A DNA stretch of 64,000 nucleotides, from NCBI RefSeq assembly GCF_036321535.1, contig NC_087436.1, positions 19,036,001 to 19,100,000 on the forward strand, read 5' to 3'. The notes under the pieces were generated by a model, which made no database searches, was not told the origin of the DNA, and saw only the letters and a list, made by a program, of their open reading frames with translations. The DNA is from Camelus dromedarius. Taxonomy: Eukaryota. Positions 40,001 to 51,340 of the stretch are shown here, one piece after another; position 1 is the first letter of the stretch; each line of letters opens with the position of its first letter. A program made the translations under genes and the position numbers.

Positions 40001-40577
40001 CCTTCCTCAGCAGACGGCTAGAGAGTCAAGCTTCCTGAGCCAAGGCCCTCACCTTTTACTTCAAGAAATAAATAGGAGGAGCCGGGAAAGGCTCTCTACC
40101 TGCCCGCCGCCCAGTTCACGCTGTGAGGGCAGTGGGAAAAATAAACAGGAGTAGCAATAAATCGATTAGTCCTGTTCAGAACTAAGTAGCAGCACAAAAG
40201 GAGCTGGGGTGCTCTCAGTTGTGGTAGATAACCCCGTTTGAGAGATCAAATGGTCCCTTAGTCACGTTTGTATGAGAATCTGTCACTACATATACATATT
40301 TTAGATGTATTGGCCTTTCATTGAATTAGCGATTAGTTTCTCCTATAGGAGCTATACTTTGGGATTTTTTTTTTATGGTTTGCTTCTTTAATCATTGACA
40401 TAATATTTCAGCTATTACAGCGTTTTTTTCCCCCCTAAATACGTAGTAAGTACCTGGTGTTTGTTTTATGAATAAATCTTATTCTATGATTTGGAGCAGG
40501 AAGGGGTTATTCTCTTAACCAATTTTTAACTTTTCTCTCCTCTCTTTTGCTACTATTCTTTGCTTCCCGATTTTTAG

Positions 40578-40624
40578 GCTGAAGTCTGTAAGCCTGGAGA
40601 GACCTTCAGCAGTAATCTCCAAAT
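40578..40624 (+). other. TTC29: Probable non-coding exon 2 of TTC29 (47 nt)
   Basis: Long polypyrimidine tract ending tttttag| at 40577; donor AAT|GTAAGT at 40625. Confidence 0.75.
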
Positions 40625-42676
40625 GTAAGTCGAGTGAAACGTGGCCTGTCTTCAAACACTGTTTCCTGCTTTAAATTTTGATTTAATCATTCGTAAAGTC
40701 AGTTAGTAGGAAATGTGTGATTTCTATTTATTTTATTTAACAACCTACCTAATTACCTACCACGGAGTGCTAGAAATGTCCAAAAATTATGATACAAGGG
40801 ATAAACATTTACTGATTCTATTCACTATTTTATGTGATTTTCTTTTACTCTTTTCAGGAGCAAATTATTGATATTTCTTCTGTAGTTTTCTTTAAACTTT
40901 CATAGTAAAAGAGCTTATGATAATATGAAAAGATCTAATTCTTACAAGTGATTTTGTTGATAGTAAAAACGTATTCATTTTGAAATTTCTTGATGACACA
41001 TGATACATTTGCTTGCTGTGGTTTATTGATTTCTCACATATCAGCTTTTACCCCAAAGTGACTGAATTCTGGAGACAGTGGTCAGCCTCAGACATAGTCA
41101 CTCCCCAAGTAGCCTCTGTCTATACAACTCTCGGCCTCCCCTTCCTTTGTATTTCCTGATGAGGGTATCTCTGGGGATCGTGGGCAAGGGGGTTACTCTT
41201 TGAAGAATTTTACTTGGGGGCCAGAAACTTAAACTCACACCATGGGACACATTCAGCCTGATGCACCCCTCTCAAACCTTTCATCCTGTGTTTCTCCATT
41301 CTCATTTGTCTTTGCACGTGGGGGCCAAACTTAGAGACTGTAACTGTGATACCGGCGCCAACCAGGAGATCAAAGAATTCCACCCAATCTCTCCTGAATA
41401 CCAACAGTGGAATGGCTTCAGGCAGCCTTTTGATCTTTGTCTCAGCACCTGTGGTGCCACAAAGTAGCACTGCCCATTTGGTAGCACTAGGGGCGCTGCC
41501 TCTGGGTTCCCTAACAGACAGCTTCACCCTGACCTCCTGGGGCTCCACTCATTTTGGTACCAGCCAGAGAAGTGCCTCTCATCATCCTCCCTTACGCACC
41601 TGAATCTGAACCGTTCCCCTTCCTGCAGCCGCACTCATCTTGTGCGATTTCCTCCGTGGCGTTGAGCTAAGAGAACCCTGATGAAGTGTCACTGTTGAGG
41701 ATGTTGTGTTCCATTTCTGCTTCAGACCTGGATCAGTCACCCCTAGATCAGTCACCCCCAGCACTAGTCCTGTTCCTCCTGGCTGGAGCTCACCCAGGAG
41801 CTGGGAACACTGGATCAAACCAGGGAAGTGATACAACTCACCTTAACAAACTGCAAAAGGTTTTTTTCACGCAACAGGTATAATTTCAGCCTGAAATGAT
41901 AGGTGCCTAAGCATACCTGCATTTTTTCCTCACTTATTTCGCCTGCTAGACGCTAGGATGCAGCTACTTCCCACTTTAAGAAAATTCAGAATAAATGAGA
42001 CTGAACTTAATAGAACATAAAAGATATGGTGGTTACTTAGATAAGAAAATAAATTGTCACTGTATCCCTTTACGTCTTTGATGATGCATTTGAAATATTA
42101 TATGTGTCATAAAGCTCAGTTCACACATTACCTATTGTGTAAAACAAAATGCCTTCATGTAGCCGTGTATTGATTGTGAAAAACAAAAACCCTCTTTCCC
42201 AATGGGCAAAGGCAGGGAGGATGTAGGGTTTAGAATAGCAAGTGAGCCTGTCAACTTCCACCCTAACTCTGAGCTTAAACTTCCACCATAGATGGGTTAA
42301 GGGCTATTTTTTTCTGCCACGCAGTTAACAACTTTTTTTCCACTTTATCATTCAGCTCTGACCACCCCCCATTCAGAGCTGTGCCTTGAGGCTTGCCAGC
42401 AGGGCTTGCAATACTTACATTAAACTAAATTTAAGAGTAAAGGTGCTCCTGCTGCTAATGTTCTCAGATCAGAGGAGAGCAAAATGAAGGAACTGGCAGC
42501 TGAAACTTTAATGGTTGGAAACGTTGACTCAGATTTTGGAAAAAAAAAAAAATCGCAGTTGATCTGCGTAACAAAGGAGATGTGTTCCTCTCCGTGTATC
42601 ACATTTGCATATGATTTCATTAGATGCTTTTATTTTCTTGCAAAAAGAGTCTAACCCAAGTGAACATCAATAAGGA

Positions 42677-42786
42677 CTTTTTTTTTTTTTGATGGAGGTT
42701 CTGGGAATTGAACCCAGGACCTCATGCATACTAAGCATGTGCTCTACCACTGAGCTATTACTCTTGCCTCCATGCCCCCGCCTGGG
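42677..42786 (-). mobile_element. tRNA-derived SINE, Vic-1-like (short form)
   Basis: Minus strand TAGCTCAGTGGTAGAGCACATGCTTAGTATGCATGAGGTCCTGGGTTCAATTCCCAGAACCTCC plus poly(A); taagga flanks both sides. Confidence 0.85.
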
Positions 42787-44274
42787 TAAGGATAAATTTT
42801 AAATCACCAGCTGGATCAGTTTGGGGGTGCTAGGTCAGAGTTTTTGGAGTTCGGTCTCCCTGTGTCTGTGTACAAGTCACTGGGTGGGTCTTCCTAGTAT
42901 TTGGAAAAATTACTTTTTTCACCTTTTGAAGTTCCTTGGGGAACCTTTCAGAGGTCTCTGCAGTTATGCAGAGATCACCCTTGCCTCAGTGCCCTTGTCA
43001 AGCAAAGTGGGGATTCTCAGAACAGAGTCTTAATTGGTCAAGGAAGGAACCCCTGGACTGAAGCAAGCACAGGCATTGTTTTCTCTCCCTTCCAAAATCC
43101 ATAGGGACAGACAGGTCTGGGTTAAGAACTGAGATGGCTCAGATTTGCTCCATAACATTAGAGGGCTCTGGAACACAGAGTCTTCACAGTTGTCTGACAT
43201 AGGCCCATGAGAGGTAGGTCCAGGGAGCCTTTGCTGCCCCCTCAAACCTGTGCATGAGAAGATCTAACCCTATATTAGTTACAACTTCTTACCACATGTT
43301 CTGCACAACATTTTGCCATTTAGTAAGTTCTGGTTAAGCAGTTAACTGAACGGTTTGATATAATATCTGATCAGAAAATTGATTTTTTAAATACAAAAGA
43401 ATTAAGTCACTATATTATAAAGTTATGATGAATAAAACATTATGTTTCTAATTATTTTGGAGGAGAGGACTAACATTAGCTGTTTGGACTGGGTGGTTTA
43501 AAGCTATAACTGTATAAAAATAAGTAGACCTAATGTTTCGTGGATCATATCATGCTCTGATAATCTAGGTAATAATATTCATATTGTATTAAATCTAAAG
43601 TATGACCTTGATGTCCATTAGAATTTTCTCTTTAATTATGCAAATAATTATTTCCAGGCTGGGGTAATAATCTTTTTTTCAGAAACAGAAGACTATCCCT
43701 TTCTACACTGAATTTCAAACGATGTATTTTTAGCTATTGATCCTATCGTAATCTCATCTTGTATGTATTTTGCTTATTTGGGTATTGTCTGTTTCCCCAC
43801 CACATCCATCCTATAATGTAAATTCTGTGAGGCCAGAGGTTTTTGTCTTTTTCTTCACTGCTGCATCTTCAGCACCTAGAACAGTAACTGGCACCAAATA
43901 GTAGCTTAATAAATATGTGTTGAATATATTTAAAGCTCAGATTGATGGTGATTTTCCCTAGGTCCCAGAGCTAGAAACTACTAGACGTAGGTGATTTAAA
44001 ACCTGAAACAAGCCTTCCAGGTGCTTGTGAGACTAATGGCAGAGGTCAAATCTGGCGGACATGGTGCTGGTGGAATCAAGAGGCCCTGGCCTTTTGGATG
44101 CCTCTCTAACACATAGAAGGTGGGTTCTTTTGCATCTGAAAGCCCTTGCAAAGTGTGACAATTTTTCTGTTCTAAGTCCACCAGCATCATGCCCACACCT
44201 CTTCCTCTTTGCAGTAAGTTTTCGATAACTTGATTTTATAGACCCACTTTCATTATTGTTCTTACTTTGTCCAC

Positions 44275-44871
44275 TGTGACACACTGCATTTCCCAAAGAT
44301 GGCCACAACAATATTTTCCATCCCACATGTTCCTCCTACAGTGTGACTTTGATGTGTTCCCATCAACAGAAGTGTCTATGTTCATTAGCCTTAAATCTGG
44401 GCAGGCCTATTTTTACAGTGGAAGAGATGCTATGTGACTTCCAAAGCCAGACCTTATAAGGGAATACAGCTTCCACCTGGCTTTTCTTTGGGTACTTGCC
44501 TCTGGAGCCCTGATTTGCACTTAAGAAGTCTGGGGCTTCCAAGCTGTGAGGAAGTCTAAGCCATGTGAGGAGGTCGCGTGTACGTCCTGGCAGGCAGCCC
44601 CAGTTGAGGCCCCAGCTAATGGTTAGCATCAACCTCCAGATACATAAGTGAAGATACTTACAGATGATTCCTGTTTCCCACCATTCAGTTACCTCCAAGC
44701 TTCTGAGTCTTCCCAGCAGAGGCCCCAGTCTTCGTGGAGTAGAGAAAAGCCATCCCCGTTGTGTCTTCTAATTCCTGACCTGTGTAAAGTGTGAAAGATA
44801 ATGTAATGATTGCTGTTTTAAACAATCTTTTTTAAACCACTGCATTTTTAGGTGATTTATACATTATTAGA
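44275..44871 (+). mobile_element. MLT1-type (ERVL-MaLR) LTR
   Basis: tgtgac...caaagatggccacaaca...gaagagatgctatgtgacttcc...gtgaggaagtctaagcca...aattcctgacc. Confidence 0.8.
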
Positions 44872-45394
44872 GTCACGTGCTCTCTCAGGGCACGTTGTTG
44901 AGATCGTTGTTAGCGTTTAGCACTTCGAAGCCTTTATGAGTGAGAAAGTTTTTAGAAAACAGCAAAGTATGAACAGTTTTTAATTATTAATAATAACAGG
45001 AAAGCAAAGTGTGAGTATTTGAAATCCACAGCTGCTCTAAAAATCTTCACTCTTTAATTGCAACCAGCTCCATTAACAAAACTCATACCAAAGCTCCGAA
45101 TTGTCTGAATCTTCAGTTCATTTATCAGATTTTCTCCTTTATCGACTTGCTGGTGGAGATGCAGATAAGTAATAAATTGGCCGAAAGGCAGAGAGGAGAA
45201 GAAAATAATGAGGGAAGCTACCTGCAGAATTCACTCACCGAGCTTTATTCCCGAACACCAGAGCTACAGTTCCACACGCAGGGGCATTCTCAGCTCACAT
45301 GACTCACTATGGATCACTAATAATGTCTTAAAAGACTCTTTGAAAGTTTTATTCTTTAAAATGCCGTTTCTGTTTATTTTTTTGGTAGTCCAGA

Positions 45395-45486
45395 ATGACC
45401 ACCCTGCCTCCACTGCCCATGGCACGCCCAAAGCTCACGGCCTTGGCCCGACAGAAGCTGCCGTGTTCCTCCAGAGATATTCCCAG
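45395..45486 (+). CDS. TTC29: TTC29 first coding exon (exon starts at ~45389; c.1-92)
   Basis: ATG at 45395 gives MTTLPPLPMARPKLTALARQKLPCSSRDIP(R), matching the recalled TTC29 N-terminus; acceptor tttggtag|, donor CAG|GTACGA, phase 2. Confidence 0.95.
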
Positions 45487-47332
45487 GTACGAGACCCTGG
45501 CTTTCGTTTTTTTTTTTTGTTTGTTTGTTTTTTTCCCTACAGAATGAATTTCTTGCCGTAAGAAATGTCAATAGCATATCTCAGAAAACAACATTGTTTA
45601 AAGACAAAAGTATATTGTTATATTCAGAATATTCAAATTTGCCATTTCAAAAGGATTGCTGAACCTCATTCAAAGATTAAGACTATAATTATTTAGCAAG
45701 CTAGTGCTCATTTGATCATTTTGTTCCCTATTACCATTATAAAGTGGTTCCCATAAAGCTTTGGAAATCTATTTCCTTTTTAAAATGTGTGTAGAGAATT
45801 AAAAGCAGAAGCTTTAAAAAAGAAACCGCAAGGTCTCGAGCACTGATTTTTGTTTTGGAGGAAGGGTGGCACAGAATTAATACCAGGGTAAATTGGCAGG
45901 CATAGTTTAGCTCCTGGAATGATCCTGGGGCTTGAAAATGCATCATCAAACCACTGCTGCCTGTGAATGGCTGCTGAGCTTCTGGAGTTTTTGTCGAGAA
46001 ACTAGCGGGCAGGAATTCGATGTACATTGTCGTAATTATGAATGTTAACTAAGATTGTGTTATTTAGAAATTTCCACTTACAGCTTTATTGATTGATTTT
46101 TATCAGTATAAATAATTTGAATTTGTAGGTTTGTTTATTTTTTATGCATACCTTTCAGTTCCTGCAAGGTGTAATGATCAAAGTATTACGAGACTACTTT
46201 GTTCTGAGAAGGCTCCTACCTCATTTTTTGGTATTTCTGGGAAAGACCCAAACCCCTGGGCCAAAATAAATACATTCAGCTAAACTACCATAAAAACTCT
46301 TTTGAAATAGAATTGAAAATTGTAGAAATTGAAAAAATAGAATTGTAGAGAACTGTGTTTTCTTTTCAAGTAATTTGAAAAACAGAAAATTTTCGATAGA
46401 TCCATAATTCTGGTATATACATTCTTATCTTCCATTTTACTTTTGAATAATGTGAAATATTTACAAAATCTGAAAAAGCTTGTTCTTCCTGTCTTTTGTA
46501 ATGACTGAGATTACATTTTCTTTTCAACATAAGCAAACACTTAATCCAATCCCATATCCCTAAAATAAGATAGATTTTAAAGAAAAACATTTTTGCATTC
46601 ATTTTGTTCAAGGAAAACATTTTTATCACAACCATTTAGGGCAACATTTTGTATCAACATTCTTCATTAGCTTCTGAATAAAAATAGGTATTTGTGTATC
46701 CCATACTCCCACTGTCATGAGATATTAACAGTGTGTTTATTTTTAAAGGTGCAAAGGGTGCAAAGAATTGAATACACTACATGTGTGATATATTTCTCAG
46801 TAAACTCTTCTTAAAGTCACTTTGCATCTTGAACTTCTAGTAATAATTTGAGTTTATGTGTGATTCAAAAAACCTACTCAAACAGCATTTCAGAGCAAAA
46901 TTTCATAATGTTTGCAACCAATAATTTAACACATTTGTATCAAATAGGTATTCTCAGTTCAAGATCCTGTGCCCAGCAGAATATAACTTGTGTAGTTGGA
47001 AAGTTATACTGGGAGAGAACATGAATAAAATGGAAGATTTTATAAGCTTTGAGGGGAAAACTCCATTTATTTTAAAAACGCAGATTATTTTCATGTGTTG
47101 GTACTGTGTTTGTTTACACACTGAGTTTGGTATTCTTCCCTGTCTCTCCATTCAAGAAGATTAAAAATTTGAAATTGTCAATCAACAACCTAACTCTATA
47201 GCTATTGCAGAACATTTATTATCGATGGTATTATACCCTGAATATTTCTATTCTCCTGGTGGCATTTTATATGTTTGGTAGATTTTCAACTCGATGAGGC
47301 AGTGCTTTATTATTTCTTTCCATTTCATTTAG

Positions 47333-47416
47333 GTCTCAACTGATCAAAGAAAAAGATGACATAGACCATTATCTGGAGGTGAATTTCAAAGGATTGTCAA
47401 AAGAGGAGGTTGCCGC
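47333..47416 (+). CDS. TTC29: TTC29 second coding exon (84 nt; c.93-176)
   Basis: Acceptor tttcatttag|, donor GC|GTAAGT; in phase with the previous exon, giving SQLIKEKDDIDHYLEVNFKGLSKEEVA(A). Confidence 0.96.
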
Positions 47417-49699
47417 GTAAGTATAACCTTTTAACGGTACTTTAATAGAAAGTTTGTTTCTTTTGTCTGGATTCTTTATTGAAATTTCAGTTTTCCTGTG
47501 CAGTTCACTTTTTCATTGGAACATGGCACTTAAAAATTAAAGCTTATATTAATAGTGATAAGTCATGTCTATTGATCTTACACATATCAAAGTCTTTAAT
47601 TTTATGACTTTCAAAATTCTCGTATTTACCAAGATATTATACCATCATATTGGCAATATTTTAGTTAAGTCTTTGCCATTAACTGCTTAATAACTTCCAT
47701 TTTTAAGATGTATTGCCTCCATCAGGGAGAAAAAAAGCTTTAAGAGATTCATATATCTTATTTTTCCTGGTGATTAAAAAAAAAATCTTTATATTCTTTC
47801 CTTCACCAAGAACCCACAAAAAGAATTAATGGAACATAGTTTACTGGCCAATTTAAAAATAATTTTAAATTGTCTGGATTTATTGTTTTTTAATGAACAA
47901 TGGAAACTTTGCCATTTTACTGCTAGTTAGAACCTAATTTACGGTCTGAGTAAAAACAGTATGAAAATCCACGTAGGTTAGTGAGAAATAAATAGAAACC
48001 TAGAATAATAGCTAAAAAGATTTAATATTTCTTACCTATAGACTTTGTGACTCTGTTATCAGATTTTTAGACGTAAGCATTGACAAATAGAAATCTTGTA
48101 TATGCACGTGCATCTTACAGAGTTCATTAAATGATTCAATTAACATATTTTATACAATAAAAGCTTTACAAAGATTGTCTCTATTAGTACTGTCTAATGC
48201 TATGGGATTCCACTGAAAAAGTATTCCTAGTAATATTTTTGGTGTAAGTTTTCAAACAGTCTAAAATTCTAAATCTCTTGAGATACATTTCTTTTTGTTA
48301 GATATGATCTTTGTCAATTTATATTTAACATGGAAAAATGGAATAGTTCATTCTGTCAGTAGCTACTTTATTTTATAGAGTGACAAAATTTTATAGTAAT
48401 TATAATCACTGTCTTCCTTGGAGCTCTGTTGGCTACCTAGTGTAGTATTTCGGACTGTTGGTTTTAAAGGTTATTTAAATTGCTAATTTATTAATTTTCC
48501 ATGGTAACCTGTTGGATAAATTAAAGGTCAATTTTGTCTGATGATATAATTCCTTCTTAAAATAAAAATGTATATGAGTGATATTTGCATTCTGACTTAT
48601 ATATAATGACATCCAAATAGCTCTAATTGGCTTAAGAATTAGGAATTAAATTTGAAATGAAACCTATGCTTCACATATATTAACAAACTAGACATCCATA
48701 TACTTAAAATCTGCTTAGCTTTCAGTCTGCACTGAAGAAAACATTGTTCTAAGACAATGCAAAATAAGCTATGCTGATGAGTGTTCTCTTAACAAATTTT
48801 TTTTTCACTAAGGATATTACCAAATTGATTTGAAATCCCTATTATGCTACAGAAAACAAGTAGCACTGGGTAATTCTCAGTCCTTACTATTGCATTCTCT
48901 TTAAAGCTTCTTGTGCTTGAATACTTTTTTAGACCAAAGCTCTTTCCCTAAGATAGTAGGTGCAAACCTTAGTAGGAAGGGAACTTGTATTAGCTCACTA
49001 TTAAGCTTTTGACTGATCATGCATTCTAGACCTTGTCCCAAACAAACTAATTGAATAGCATGTAAAGGAGAAAATTGATTTCAGCATCTCCTAGCAATAC
49101 CCAGCAGCTGCCGTGAGGAATTATGCATATTCTGTTAGCTAAGGAATTGCTGCATGAAACTTTTTATTAGCCATCCAACTGTAAAAAAAAAAAAAAATTG
49201 GTCAACAAGCATTTATTATGTGCCTAATAGTAGCTTTTTCACAGAGGGAAAAACAATGTTATTTTATTGTAAAATACTTGGTCTCATCCTTGTCTCCACT
49301 TGAGGCAATGAGACATTCAAGCAGGAAATAAATATGGAATGAAAGAGTGCTGATTGTACTGTGAGATACAGCCTAGAAGTCTAGGAAAAGTTAGAGGAGA
49401 CCAAGATGGTAGGGTGGAACTGACCACGGAAGACAGATTTTGAGTTTGGCTCCCTATCCGGTAGCATTATAAAATGATCAGACTAGTGCATCACAGATCC
49501 TCAGTATCCAAAGATGTAATGGGGAGAAACTGATGAATCAAATTTCAATCAGGCAAAAGCAGTGTCTAAGATGTATCCTCAAATTCCTCTTTATGCTGCT
49601 TATTCTTCTCTAAGATGATAGTAGAAATGTATACTTACAAAATTCATGTCCACTAGCTTTGATATCCTATAGTGTGTTCTTTGTCTAGTCCCAGAATCA

Positions 49700-51340
49700 C
49701 CCTTTGTCATCTACTCCAAAATATACCAACCTACTTATATGTAAACTCACACTCCGTGACATTCCTCCGATTGCAGTGGGTGGAGAGTTCCTGTTCTTAT
49801 CTATGGGTGTTGTATCCACTTGTGTTCTGGATACCATCCCATCTTCCTTGTTTCAAGACTTTCTCCAGCAGTTAAGCATGTTTTATTTCAACATCATCAA
49901 TTTCTCTTCCGTTGGATCAGTCTCTCTAGCATTCGTATCTACTCTAGTATTTCTCTTGACTTCTTATCCTCCTCCAGATTCTATTCTGTTTTCCTCTACC
50001 CTTCACAGTAACCAGAAGCCCTGTTGCAATATTTCCACATCCCATCCCTACCTCAATTAACTCTAAATAGGTTTCCAGACCCAGCACTCACTGAAATCTG
50101 TTTACTGTGACCAATGTTCTCCATTTTTACCACACCTAATGGTCATGTTTCTGTCCTCATCTTGCTTGATGTTTTCACATTATTTGATGGAATTGAACAC
50201 TTTCTTGTTGAACCTTCTGTGCTTGTGGCTTCCAGGATGCCATGTTCTATGGTTTTTCTCCAAACTCTTTGACTATGCTACCTTAGTCTCCTATGCTGGC
50301 TGGTTTTCTTTTTTCAAACTCTCGGTGGTGGGTCATCCTAGGGGTGGGTCTTTGAGCTGCTACTCCAGCTACATTATTTGGATCCAGTCTTATAGCTTTA
50401 AATATTATCAGTACCTGATGACTATCACATTTAGAAATCCAGCCCTGACCTCTCCATTAAGCTTCAAACTTATATCCAATTGCCTCCTTGACGTATTTAC
50501 TTGGATACATAATAGACATTCCAAGGTTGATATGGCCCCAAAGTGGACTCTCGCTTTACCTCTCTTGCCCCTCACTCTACTGCCTTCTAATATTCCTCCC
50601 CCAGTCTTCCCTTATTTCCGTAAATGGTACCAAGGCAGCCTTGAGTTTCACCTTGCCTTCACCACTACTTTCTCATCTAATCCATCAATATGTCCTATCA
50701 GATATAATTCCAAAATATGTCTTGTGTTCAGCTACTTCTGTTCATTGCATAGCCACCATCATCTCTCACCAAGATCGCTAGAATAGTCTCCTAATTGCTC
50801 TTCTCATATCCCCTTGAATTCCACCAAATTCAGCCACCAGAGTGATCTTTTAAAACTCAGATCATGGGGACACTCACCTCCAAGAGCTTCCCATTATTCT
50901 TATGATAAGCTTTAAAGACTTCATCATGGCCTAAAGTCCTATATGGTTTGGACTTTGCTGACCTCTCTGACCTTATCTCACCATTCTCCCCACTACTCAC
51001 TCCTCTCAGTGTAGCCTTATTGCTAATACTTCTTGTTACGCAGGTGTCACCTTGAATGTGACCTCCTTGGTCTACCATTCCCTGACCCCATAATTGAGTA
51101 GCTCTCACCCCACCCACACTCATTCCCAATCAAATCAGCTGGGTGTATTTCTCCTGTCATCTGGTCCTCATCTTGTGTTCAGAGTTTGTATGTGGACTGT
51201 TTTCATCCCTAGTGGAATGCACGCTCCACGGGAACAAGACTGTGTCTGTGTGTATGCCACTGTATCCCCAGGGCTTAAACAGGGCCTGGCACATGGGCGG
51301 AGCTCAGTAACTAGGTGTCAAATGAATAAATGAGTGAAGA
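49700..51340 (+). mobile_element. Long degenerate LINE-2 fragment in a TTC29 intron
   Basis: Run of L2 motifs (ctccttgacgt, ccaccagagtgatcttttaaaa) ending gcctggcacatgggcggagctcagtaa...aatgaataaatgagtgaa. Confidence 0.75.

Noticed and set aside
39619..40154. Arg/Gly/Pro-rich ORFs in the CpG island
   Set aside because: Expected from stop-codon scarcity in GC-rich promoter DNA
41483..41498. CTCF site (gcactaggggcgctg)
   Set aside because: One G short of the core spacing; not supportable without a PWM score or ChIP data
41300..41720. Firm call as a LIN28-like (cold-shock plus CCHC) or RTP-like pseudogene
   Set aside because: Needs several frameshifts, key Cys/His residues are missing and motif order and spacing do not fit; kept only as an unexplained region
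45208..45561. 117-aa ORF overlapping the first TTC29 coding exon
   Set aside because: Wrong frame; the TTC29 frame starts at ATG 45395 and splices at 45486
50139..50786. Longest ORF in the track (215 aa)
   Set aside because: Lies within a degenerate L2; Leu/Ser/Phe-rich translation of pyrimidine-rich repeat DNA with no recognisable domain
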